From contig JBPBQB010000288.1 of assembly GCA_050954545.1 (NCBI GenBank), forward strand, positions 1,291-65,290: 64,000 bases of DNA. The letters are read 5' to 3'. Shown piece after piece: positions 8,521-16,767 of this stretch (position 1 is its first letter; every line of letters starts with the position of its first letter). The stretch comes from Janthinobacterium lividum (GTDB taxonomy: Bacteria > Armatimonadota > Armatimonadia > Armatimonadales > Capsulimonadaceae). A program made the translations under genes and the position numbers. The notes beneath the pieces were generated by a model that saw only the letters and a list, made by a program, of their open reading frames with translations, was not told the origin of the DNA and did no database searches.

Positions 8521-8556
8521 TAGGCGCTTCGCCCCACAGCGTAGGAATTTATTCCC
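8415..8556. repeat. perfect 24-bp inverted repeat (8415-8438 / 8533-8556), 94-bp spacer
   Basis: GGGAATAAATTCCTACGCTGTGGG and its reverse complement. Overlaps the 5' end/leader of the hydrolase gene. Confidence 0.9.
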
Positions 8557-8588
8557 ACGCTTTCTCTGCCCGGATAGTGTCCAATCTC

Positions 8589-9335
8589 TCATATCACGTT
8601 CCTTAAAATGGCCTGAAGCCGTTCGTAATCTGTTGCCAAAAGCGTTGCTAAAGTCCGGCCTGCGCGGAGCAAAAACGCCTGATCGTCGGCATGGGCTTCC
8701 CGTGCCATCCGCAGACACGCCGCCGCCAGCTCATCCGACGGCACCCCGGCCAGCGACCCCCCCGAAGGCAGGAGCAAAGAGCGCAGGAACGACATGTCTT
8801 CGGTCAGCATCCGCGTTTCTTCCGGGCTGCACGGATAGACCCGGCTGTGGATACGTGGCGGCAGCGGCGGCAAATGACGCCGCAGCGGCTTGTCGCCGCC
8901 TTCGGAATAGGCAATCAGCAGGCCCGAAAACTCCGTTCGCAAAAGCTCGAAAATCTGCGGTTGCTGCAAGCGCATTTCGTCCTCATCCGCAAACCCCAGC
9001 GCGGAGGGGCGACGGTTCGGCTCCAGCGATGCGGTATTTGCTCCATAGACGAGGGCATAGACAGCAGGCGGCAGACCGATGCCTGAACTGACGCGCACGG
9101 GCGGCGCATCCAGCACAGCCGCGAAGGGGTCTTCTTCCTCGTCGTCCCCAGCAATCCCGAGAGGCGGAGGCACCATTTGAGGGGTGGGTTCGCTAGGCTT
9201 GCCGATCTTCACAAACGAGCCGAACGGCGGCGGGTCATAGAGGCGCGGCACGATCTCACGCGGCACTTCCAGGCACTGAGCGACAAACGCCGTCGTTCCC
9301 GCTTCAATAATCTCACCGATGGGCTTGTTTGTCAT
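8589..9335 (-). CDS. hypothetical cytoplasmic protein (last gene of a 4-gene operon)
   Basis: 248-aa ORF overlapping the upstream gene by 23 nt. N-terminus IGEIIEAGTTAFVAQCLEV looks like a small beta-barrel. No family recognised. Confidence 0.55.
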   Translation of the reverse strand: MTNKPIGEIIEAGTTAFVAQCLEVPREIVPRLYDPPPFGSFVKIGKPSEPTPQMVPPPLGIAGDDEEEDPFAAVLDAPPVRVSSGIGLPPAVYALVYGANTASLEPNRRPSALGFADEDEMRLQQPQIFELLRTEFSGLLIAYSEGGDKPLRRHLPPLPPRIHSRVYPCSPEETRMLTEDMSFLRSLLLPSGGSLAGVPSDELAAACLRMAREAHADDQAFLLRAGRTLATLLATDYERLQAILRNVI

Positions 9336-10059
9336 GGCTTTCCTTTTCGGCTTTCACTGCTTCATCGGCGACTTGCTTGTCATGTTTATCCTGGAAATAT
9401 TGCTTCTCTGTCGCTATGATGTCAGCGTCGCAAGTGACTATCTTACCAGTGTTATCGGCGCAAGTCATGTCGACTGACTTGACTTGCCCCTGTGTATCAT
9501 AGGTTGCGGACGCATGAGAAATTGCAATCGCATCGGTAGCTTGGGGCGGGGGTGGAACACTCGTATACCCGACAAACAAAAGAGCTGCAATACAGAGAGC
9601 TAACCCGGCCATTTTATAACCAGTACCGACCATTTCTTGCACAATATAGCGCGGAGGCAGCTCCGAGACGAGCGATATTGACCGGACCGGATAAGCGGGA
9701 CATCCTCGCCGCCTTGATTCTGCCTGTTCCCGCTGTGCTTCTGCCTGCTGTCGGCGATTTTCAGCGATCCGCCGCTCTTCTTCGGCCCGGTGGATGTCAG
9801 CGAGTTCCTGTTCTGCTGCATGAATAATTTTGTCTTCGACGCGCTTTGCCCGTACAGTTTGTAGCAGGCGCTGGACATCTTCGACGGAGATATCTAAGCC
9901 CTCGGCGACATCGGGCACGGCGGGTTTGTCTGTCAGGCCGGTCAGCTCAGTTTGCTCCTGCTGCCACAAGTCGATGACGGCACGGGACTCGTCCGCCGTC
10001 ATGCGCTGACTGCGAAGATTGTCACCCGGTTCTAAAGAGGACTCGAACTGCTGGGCCAT
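9313..10059 (-). CDS. hypothetical single-pass membrane protein with charged coiled-coil segment
   Basis: EEERRIAENRRQQAEAQREQAESRRR followed by TM helix MAGLALCIAALLFVGY. 4-nt gap from the upstream gene. Confidence 0.55.
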   Translation of the reverse strand: MAQQFESSLEPGDNLRSQRMTADESRAVIDLWQQEQTELTGLTDKPAVPDVAEGLDISVEDVQRLLQTVRAKRVEDKIIHAAEQELADIHRAEEERRIAENRRQQAEAQREQAESRRRGCPAYPVRSISLVSELPPRYIVQEMVGTGYKMAGLALCIAALLFVGYTSVPPPPQATDAIAISHASATYDTQGQVKSVDMTCADNTGKIVTCDADIIATEKQYFQDKHDKQVADEAVKAEKESHDKQAHR

Positions 10060-10063
10060 AGCG

Positions 10064-11458
10064 TTATTTTAGCATATCTGATGACAATGGGAGAGGCACC
10101 GCAGGATAGCGAAATACAGAATCTTGGGGCGTCACTTTCTGACCCGGCTTACCGCCATCAAAAGTGCCCGTCGGTCCAGCGCTGTAAACGACAAAACCAT
10201 TCACACCTTCCCGGCGGTAGCCCAGCGGCTTGCCTGTGAATGGGTCGACAAATGACTGCGGCAGCGTTTCGGGATAGATGCCATTCTGCGCTTTTATGGA
10301 CAGAAGTGCTGCTGCTACTTGTGTTACTATTTGCCGCGTCTGTGCACGAGTATCGTTCTCATCGTTGTTTCCGATGGCGGGCATTAAGATCAGGGCAACA
10401 AGATGAGTCGGATTAGAGGGGTTGTCCTCTTCTCTTTCCAGTTGCTTCTCCGCAGCGGCAAAGGCTGTTCTGCGGACTAACGGCGGCATATCACAGGCCA
10501 CGACTAACGGGCGCATATGGGCGAGATAGTCGGCCTGCCAGGCATCGATTAAGCCATGGAGATTTTGCGGTTCAGCGCGAGGCCCATTGATCTTGCTGTC
10601 TGGATCTTGCGGAAGACCACCTGCGGTAAGTGCCGCAGCCATTCCTCGACTTTCTGCCTGATGCATCTTTATAATACATGCACACCCGAAGCCTGATTCT
10701 CCCGCCATCGCCCGGCGCAATGACAGCTTTGGCTGCCGCAATTCCACAGTTCTCTGCATGTCGGCGCCAGCATCGCGATTGGGTCCAGCAATCGCGAGAA
10801 TACTCTGCATTCCAGACAGTGTAATATGGTCGCAGGCGATGCCAAGCAGGTGAGCGAGAAGAACGGGATCGGAAGCGGCATGTTCGGCCACACGGAAACC
10901 ACGGGTTTGATTGGTAATGGCTTTCTGAAAATGACCATCACGGGCCAGCAAATAGCTTTCTGTTTTAAGAAGCCAGACCGCCTTTCGCATTGGCCGGTAT
11001 TCTGGGAATTGGATGTCGGCACCCTGCGACCAATCGCGGGCAAAGACGCACTTAGGGCGGTCCGCCGCTTGGTGCACCAAATCCATAACATCTGTGCGCT
11101 GAGCAAGCGTCTCCCGCACCAACGCGATCTGAGCGGGTGTATAGGTATGAAACGCATCCATTCCATCCGCGTATCTTGGAAGGTGAAGCGGCTTTTGTTT
11201 CAGCAGCACTGTCAGCTTTGTGTAAAGCGGAGCTGCATTCTGACTGGCTGGCGGTAGGGGAGCCTGCATTTGGTCTGGCCCCAGCAGCATACCTAACTGA
11301 CGGTCAGCCGCCTCCTCCCGTGCCAGATTCGCTGGTCCATCTGCCGCAAATTGCTGCATTCGGGTAACAACCCGTTGTGTATGCACCATCACTATGATGG
11401 CTGTAATGGAAAGTCCCAAAATACAGGCTGCCGCGAATGCAATTAAGAAGCGTTTCAT
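10064..11458 (-). CDS. hypothetical envelope protein, paralogue B, pseudopilin(GspG)-like C-terminus
   Basis: N-terminal TM helix. C-terminus DPFTGKPLGYRREGVNGFVVYSAGPTGTFDGGKPG. Collinear similarity to the 11501-13000 product. Confidence 0.6.
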   Translation of the reverse strand: MKRFLIAFAAACILGLSITAIIVMVHTQRVVTRMQQFAADGPANLAREEAADRQLGMLLGPDQMQAPLPPASQNAAPLYTKLTVLLKQKPLHLPRYADGMDAFHTYTPAQIALVRETLAQRTDVMDLVHQAADRPKCVFARDWSQGADIQFPEYRPMRKAVWLLKTESYLLARDGHFQKAITNQTRGFRVAEHAASDPVLLAHLLGIACDHITLSGMQSILAIAGPNRDAGADMQRTVELRQPKLSLRRAMAGESGFGCACIIKMHQAESRGMAAALTAGGLPQDPDSKINGPRAEPQNLHGLIDAWQADYLAHMRPLVVACDMPPLVRRTAFAAAEKQLEREEDNPSNPTHLVALILMPAIGNNDENDTRAQTRQIVTQVAAALLSIKAQNGIYPETLPQSFVDPFTGKPLGYRREGVNGFVVYSAGPTGTFDGGKPGQKVTPQDSVFRYPAVPLPLSSDMLK

Positions 11459-11500
11459 AGTGTAAGTATGGCAGGCTGTCAGAGAGCTGTCAACACGCTG

Positions 11501-13000
11501 CTATTTCAGCATCTCTGCGGGTACTGGAACAGGCACTAACGGATAGCGAAACAATATCTGCACTCCCGCACGTTCGCCGGGCTTGCCGCCATCGAAAGTG
11601 CCGTCTGGCCCGGCACTGTAGACGACAAAGCCATTTGTGCCTTCGCGGCGATAGCCGAGCCGCTTGCTTGTGAACGGATCGCTGAATTGAGACGGCAGTG
11701 TATCAGGATACGCGCCGGTTTGCGCTTTTGCGGCTAAAACCGCCGCGCCTGCTGCTGTCACTTCCCGGCGAGTCTCCAAACGGTTAATTGGCAGATCGAT
11801 CGGGTTCTCCGTGTGCATCGCGGCATTGGTTGCCTCCCAGGTCACCAAAAAGTTGAGCTGATCGGACAGCGCTGCGATGGGATCGGATTTGTTTGCCAGG
11901 GCTTGAGCCTCATCCCTGTCGAATGCTTCTTGACGCTCTGGGCTTGGTAGATCGGTGGCAGCGACTATTTCGCGCATTTGACGCAGACACTCTGCCTGAG
12001 CCGCATCTACCAAAAGGCCAACTTGCTGCTGTTCACCCGGTGTAAACCGGGCTGATGCGGAAACCATATGGGTCCCGAGGAACGGTGAACCTGGATGGAA
12101 TTGTCCAGCGATATCCGCAGGTTTTGCCTGGCGCAGACGTTCAAATTCTGTGTTGTCGACAGCCGGCTCGCCGGTTAAGGAATGACGAAAAGTAAGGACA
12201 TTTGACTGAGCCTGCCGGGCGAGAATATCTGCTTCCATGCCTTTGTCTAAGGCCGAATTCGGGCCGGCTTTTTGCAAGATGCTTTGCATACCATCCATCG
12301 AGATCGCCTCAATCGCCGAGCCGGTTAAGAAGTTCATAAAAAGCGGTTCGGAAGCGGCCTGATCAGCGATGTGGAACCCGCGCTTCTGGTTAGCGACAGC
12401 CTCGGCATACTTGCCCTGGTACGCCAGCAGAATACTCTCAGTTGCGACTTCCCGCGCACTTTCACGCAGGCCCGCGAACTCTGGAAATGAGTAGAAGACG
12501 TTAGTTCCAGTATGAACGAAGACGCATTGTGGCTTGTCGGTGGCCTCATGCAGCAGAGTAAAGATGTCCTGCCGGGCGTCGTATTCTCTCTGAACGACCG
12601 CGATCTGCTCCGGCGTGTAGGCGTACCGGCCATTGAGCCCCTGCGCGTACATGGGGAAATGCAGCGGCTTTTCTTTTCGCAGCGCATCTAATTGAACATA
12701 TAGTGGTGCAGCATTCTGGTCGACAGGAGGAAGAGGCTGCTGAAGCTGATCGGCCCGTGTCAGGAGACCCTCTTTTTCTGCGGCGATTCTTTCTCGGGCA
12801 AGGTCGGCAGGGCCGTCGGTGATCCGCTGATGAATAGCCACCGCTTCGGGATCGGTCGAGCTGTTCAAGGCTTTCAAATATTCCGGCAAATCGGCAAAGT
12901 CGGGCTTTGGCGGCGCGGCTTGGGCGCACGCAGTCGGCAGAAGCAGGGCAAGGGCGAGTGGCAGGAATTGCTGATGTCGCATCGGGTTGTGTCTCCTCAT
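11501..13000 (-). CDS. hypothetical exported protein, paralogue A, pseudopilin(GspG)-like C-terminus
   Basis: Signal peptide LPLALALLLPTACAQA. C-terminus DPFTSKRLGYRREGTNGFVVYSAGPDGTFDGGKPG. GAGGAG lies before the ATG. Confidence 0.6.
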   Translation of the reverse strand: MRRHNPMRHQQFLPLALALLLPTACAQAAPPKPDFADLPEYLKALNSSTDPEAVAIHQRITDGPADLARERIAAEKEGLLTRADQLQQPLPPVDQNAAPLYVQLDALRKEKPLHFPMYAQGLNGRYAYTPEQIAVVQREYDARQDIFTLLHEATDKPQCVFVHTGTNVFYSFPEFAGLRESAREVATESILLAYQGKYAEAVANQKRGFHIADQAASEPLFMNFLTGSAIEAISMDGMQSILQKAGPNSALDKGMEADILARQAQSNVLTFRHSLTGEPAVDNTEFERLRQAKPADIAGQFHPGSPFLGTHMVSASARFTPGEQQQVGLLVDAAQAECLRQMREIVAATDLPSPERQEAFDRDEAQALANKSDPIAALSDQLNFLVTWEATNAAMHTENPIDLPINRLETRREVTAAGAAVLAAKAQTGAYPDTLPSQFSDPFTSKRLGYRREGTNGFVVYSAGPDGTFDGGKPGERAGVQILFRYPLVPVPVPAEMLK

Positions 13001-13007
13001 AGGTCTT

Positions 13008-13169
13008 TAAGAACCCCTCCCGCTCGTCCCTCGCTCCCTCCCCTGTTAGGGAAGGGCTATACAGAATGAGAAAATGCTGCTGATGAAAACAGCACTCTCT
13101 TTGTCCTGCACTTTCCGAGGCCCTTCCCTAACAGGGGAGGGAGCAAGGGACGAGCGGGAGGGGTTCTTA
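13008..13169. repeat. 50-bp inverted repeat (13008-13057 / 13120-13169, 1 mismatch), 62-bp spacer
   Basis: TAAGAACCCCTCCCGCTCGTCCCTCGCTCCCTCCCCTGTTAGGGAAGGGC and its reverse complement. Confidence 0.95.
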
Positions 13170-13254
13170 TAATCAGACCCGGCAGCAGCCGAAAAGTTGC
13201 AGGGTTCAGCCGTGGGTAGAGGCCGTGGGTTTTATACCCACGGCACTACTCTCA

Positions 13255-13284
13255 TTGACACTCCCCTGCTGGGTGGGCTATAAT
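13255..13284 (+). promoter_or_regulatory. sigma-70-like promoter TTGACA-18-TATAAT for the rhomboid gene
   Basis: TTGACA 13255-13260, TATAAT 13279-13284, GGAG 13291-13294, TTG start 13302. Confidence 0.5.
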
Positions 13285-13301
13285 GACGGCGGAGACCCGA
13301 C

Positions 13302-14087
13302 TTGATCCCCCTGCGCGATAATCAGCCTGCCAGTACGTTCCCCCTTGTTACCATTTTGCTGATTGCAGTCAATGTGCTGGTCTATATTGTCCAGCAGACC
13401 CTGCCGCTGGACGGAAGCTGGTCACTGGTTCCCTATGAAATCGTGCATCACACCGACCTCAGCAATGTCATCGGCCATATCGGGCAGAACGGGGCGGTTG
13501 CCCTTTACCAAATCCCACTGCACTCGCCGCCGATTGCGCTGGGACCACGTGATATCTACTATGGTCTCAGCCCCCACCCGCTCTGGCTAACGATCTTTAC
13601 GTCCATGTTCATGCACTCCGGCCTGCTGCATATTGGCGGGAACATGCTGTACTTATGGATCTTCGGCAATAACATCGAAGACGTGCTTGGCCGATCCCGC
13701 TTCCTGATTTTCTATCTCGTCTGCGGGGTCGCCGCTGCCGCTGCCCAGATCGCGACCGATCCCAACTCGCTCATCCCGAATGTCGGCGCGTCCGGGGCCA
13801 TTGCAGGGGTGCTTGGTGCCTATTTTGTGCTGTATCCTAATGCCCGCGTCCTGACCATCATTCCGATCTTTATCGCGTTCTTTGCCGAGATCCGGGCTTA
13901 CTGGATACTGCTGTTCTGGATCGTGCTGAACATTTTCCAGGGTGTCGCCGGACTTGGGATGCCGGGGGCAGGCGGGGTCGCTCACTTCGCCCATATCGGC
14001 GGCTTCTTCTGCGGCGTCGTGTTGATTGTCCTGATGGGCGGGCGCAAACTGACCGCACAGCCGGTGCGTCAATGGGGTGGGTATTGA
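13302..14087 (+). CDS. rhomboid-family intramembrane serine protease
   Basis: HIGGNMLYLWIFG and catalytic GASGAIAGVLGAY motifs. Polytopic. Confidence 0.85.
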   Translation: MIPLRDNQPASTFPLVTILLIAVNVLVYIVQQTLPLDGSWSLVPYEIVHHTDLSNVIGHIGQNGAVALYQIPLHSPPIALGPRDIYYGLSPHPLWLTIFTSMFMHSGLLHIGGNMLYLWIFGNNIEDVLGRSRFLIFYLVCGVAAAAAQIATDPNSLIPNVGASGAIAGVLGAYFVLYPNARVLTIIPIFIAFFAEIRAYWILLFWIVLNIFQGVAGLGMPGAGGVAHFAHIGGFFCGVVLIVLMGGRKLTAQPVRQWGGY

Positions 14088-14118
14088 CGGATTATGATTT
14101 CTGCGTCATAATTTGCTC

Positions 14119-14478
14119 ATGCCAAGAAGGATCATTTACTACCACACGGAACGTGGTGACAGTCCCGTTCAGGAATTCATCGACAGCCTCTCAGTCAAAG
14201 AACAGGCCAAGTGCCTAGCCTACATTGCAGCACTGCGTGACTCGCCGCTTTATCTGCCGGCAAGCATCGCTAAAAAAGTCGAAGGCAGGCGATGGGAGCT
14301 GCGCCCTGAGTTCGGCGGCACAGAGTTTCGTTTGTTGTACTTTTTGTTTTTGGAGGGTGCCATCGTTTTTGTGCATGCTCTGAAAAAGAAAAAGCAGCAA
14401 TCAAAACGTGCCGATATTGAACTGGCCATCCGGCGAATGAACGACTATGAGAAAGCACATTCAACCCATGAAGACTGA
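14119..14478 (+). CDS. RelE/HigB-type toxin (phage Gp49-like family)
   Basis: IIYYHTERGDSPVQEFIDSL ... WELRPEFGGTEFRLLYF pattern. Overlaps the downstream HTH gene. Confidence 0.7.
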   Translation: MPRRIIYYHTERGDSPVQEFIDSLSVKEQAKCLAYIAALRDSPLYLPASIAKKVEGRRWELRPEFGGTEFRLLYFLFLEGAIVFVHALKKKKQQSKRADIELAIRRMNDYEKAHSTHED

Positions 14479-14779
14479 TCCCCTTTCCCATGACGATTAC
14501 CTGAAATCTAAGATGACAAACCCGGAGTTTTCTGAGGAATATGTCCGGGTGCAGCGTGAACTGGAATTTGCCGTGTCTCTATCCCGACTGCGCGAGGCGC
14601 AAGGGTGGACACAAAGCGATCTGGAAGCGCATTCAGGAGTGCCGCAGGAAACGATCTCGCGCATCGAGCGCGGACGGATTCCAGCCGTTCCGACACTTAA
14701 GCGCCTGGCAAAGGCTCTCAATGCCAGTGTGCTGATTCTGCCTGACGAGCGTGTTTTGTTTCAGCCTTTCGTCGGCTGA
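14447..14779 (+). CDS. XRE-family HTH antitoxin (HigA-like)
   Basis: GWTQSDLEAHSGVPQETISRIERG helix-turn-helix. Alternative start at ATG 14468. Confidence 0.7.
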   Translation: MRKHIQPMKTDPLSHDDYLKSKMTNPEFSEEYVRVQRELEFAVSLSRLREAQGWTQSDLEAHSGVPQETISRIERGRIPAVPTLKRLAKALNASVLILPDERVLFQPFVG

Positions 14780-14784
14780 ATTAT

Positions 14785-16767
14785 TTGAGAACTTTTCACT
14801 TGACCAAACAAAAATCACTTCCCGTCAATCTTCTGTTTATCGCGCTTATCGCCCTCGGCCTGATTGGCAGCCTCATCTCGGCCTCCCATCGCTGGAAGGC
14901 GGAAGCGCGGAACCGGCGTGTGGAGCTGGTCATCGATTACGGCGATGCACAGGCGCTCGCGAATACGACCAGCCGGCAGATCGATGACGTACTCACGCAG
15001 CTTAAAGTCGCAGGCATCACAACTGTTGCCGTCACGGAAGATTCGCTGGGGACACTGAACACAAACGGGGTCGTCACCTATGCCCGTAATGGCAATTCGA
15101 CACAGCTTACGTTCGCGCCGGGCTTTCCCGGACAGCGGGCGCGGGTCGTACAGATGCTGGCCCATAAAGCGCCGGGGCTGACTGTGACACCGGTTGGCTT
15201 GAACGGCCTGCTGGTCGGAGCGCCCTGGCCGCAGTTCAACTCCATTCCCATCGGACTGGACAGCGATACGGTAAACACGATCAAGCGAAATAAGCTGCTT
15301 GTCGCCCCGCGCTTGGTCAACTTTACCGGGGTCACGGTTCAGAATATCCCCTGGGAGCTGGCCCAGACCAAGCGGCAGTGCATGGAGGGGGCCGGAATCG
15401 GGCCGGTCATCTTTGCCGGGACATCCGTGCTGGGCAACCGGGCGCTGATCAAAACCACGGCAGATGCGCTTGTCGCCAATCATTTGACTTATGGCAGTGT
15501 AGAGCTTGGCAAGATGTTCGGCGATGATGATCTGTCGCGCATGGCGGACACGCAGACTGTCCGGGTGCATAGCATCGGAACCGACGAAATGGGCACGATG
15601 GAAGAGCCGACTGCTGTGGAGCGGTTTGTCCGGGCCGCAAAAGAGCGCAACATCCGAGTTTGCTATGTGCGCCTCTTTATTTCGGGCCTGCCTCACGATC
15701 CGGACGTGCTTCAGGCCAATACGGCATTCATTGAAAAGATCGTCAGGGGAATGCGGGAAGCGCATCTAACTGTAGGCGAAGGTCCGGCTCACCCGTATGC
15801 CGATGATCCCAAGCCGGGCCTGCCGCTGCGCCTTCTGATGGCGCTGGGCGTCGCGGGTGGAACCCTTCTTCTTCTTCGCGTCTTCACCGGCATTTCAGGC
15901 CGGGCGCTGGTGATCGCGTCGGCGGTCATTCTGGTGCTGGCGCTGGGGGCTGCCGCTCCAGGGACGACTCCGAAAGGACGTGAGCTGCTGGCTCTGGTGT
16001 CTGCCTGCGTCTTCCCGACACTGGGCCTCTGCGCGATCTCCTTGCCGCGCCCCGTCTCGAACGGCTCCAATGCGGAAGTCCTGCGCTGGGCCTTTATCGC
16101 CTATCTCAAAATGACCCTGGTGACAGTCATCGGCATTCTGCTTGTCATTGGCCTGCTGTCCGGGCGGCTCTTCCTGCTGAAAGTCGATGCGTTCTTAGGG
16201 GTCAAGATGGTGCTGGTGACTCCCGTCGCACTGGTCGCGGTGTACTACGGTCTCGGGCTGGGTACACTCAGCGCCCGTGCCGGCTGGGCGGAGCGCCGGG
16301 ATACGGTGCTGGGCAATCTCCGGGTTCTGGCCGCACACCCGCTGCTCTCCGGGCAGGTAGTGATCGGGATTGTCGCGCTGGTTGCCCTGGCTTTCTTTGT
16401 GGCCCGAAGCGGCAATGATCCCGGCGTAGGGGTCTCGGCGACGGAGCTAAAGACACGCGCCCTGCTGGACCACTTCTTGTTTGTCCGTCCGCGATTTAAA
16501 GAGTTCCTGCTGGGTCACCCTGCCCTGCTTCTCGGCCTGGCCGCGTTTGCTTCTAAGCGGTTCTCTCACTGGGTGCTGCCGCTGCTGGTAGTCGGTGCGA
16601 TTGGGCAGTCGTCGCTGATGGATACGTTCTGTCATCTGCATACGCCGCTCGTGATCTCGGCCCTGCATGGACTCATCGGCTGGGTGCTCGGCGCGATCTT
16701 CGGCGTTCTGATCTGGACTGCGGTCGGGATCGTCGAAGCCCGCTTCCCTGCGAAAGCCGCCGAGTGA
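14785..16767 (+). CDS. large polytopic membrane protein co-transcribed with csaB (tentatively DUF5693-like)
   Basis: 660 aa: N-terminal TM, about 330-aa soluble domain, then many TM helices. 4-nt overlap with csaB. Confidence 0.6.
   Translation: MRTFHLTKQKSLPVNLLFIALIALGLIGSLISASHRWKAEARNRRVELVIDYGDAQALANTTSRQIDDVLTQLKVAGITTVAVTEDSLGTLNTNGVVTYARNGNSTQLTFAPGFPGQRARVVQMLAHKAPGLTVTPVGLNGLLVGAPWPQFNSIPIGLDSDTVNTIKRNKLLVAPRLVNFTGVTVQNIPWELAQTKRQCMEGAGIGPVIFAGTSVLGNRALIKTTADALVANHLTYGSVELGKMFGDDDLSRMADTQTVRVHSIGTDEMGTMEEPTAVERFVRAAKERNIRVCYVRLFISGLPHDPDVLQANTAFIEKIVRGMREAHLTVGEGPAHPYADDPKPGLPLRLLMALGVAGGTLLLLRVFTGISGRALVIASAVILVLALGAAAPGTTPKGRELLALVSACVFPTLGLCAISLPRPVSNGSNAEVLRWAFIAYLKMTLVTVIGILLVIGLLSGRLFLLKVDAFLGVKMVLVTPVALVAVYYGLGLGTLSARAGWAERRDTVLGNLRVLAAHPLLSGQVVIGIVALVALAFFVARSGNDPGVGVSATELKTRALLDHFLFVRPRFKEFLLGHPALLLGLAAFASKRFSHWVLPLLVVGAIGQSSLMDTFCHLHTPLVISALHGLIGWVLGAIFGVLIWTAVGIVEARFPAKAAE

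Noticed and set aside
7345-9091. ORFs 7345-7839, 8289-8606 and 8486-9091 running through the palindromic elements
   Set aside because: They are open only because palindromes read similarly on both strands (e.g. PHSVGIYSHA appears in both). They overlap better-supported genes and have low-complexity composition.
14815-15765. Long antisense ORFs (e.g. 14815-15765, 16447-17094, 26364-27188, 39945-40760, 52300-52935, 63259-63924)
   Set aside because: Each lies opposite a well-supported gene (membrane protein/csaB, lon, valS, recA, GAF sensor). Their Arg/Pro/Gly-rich composition is typical of GC-driven shadow frames.
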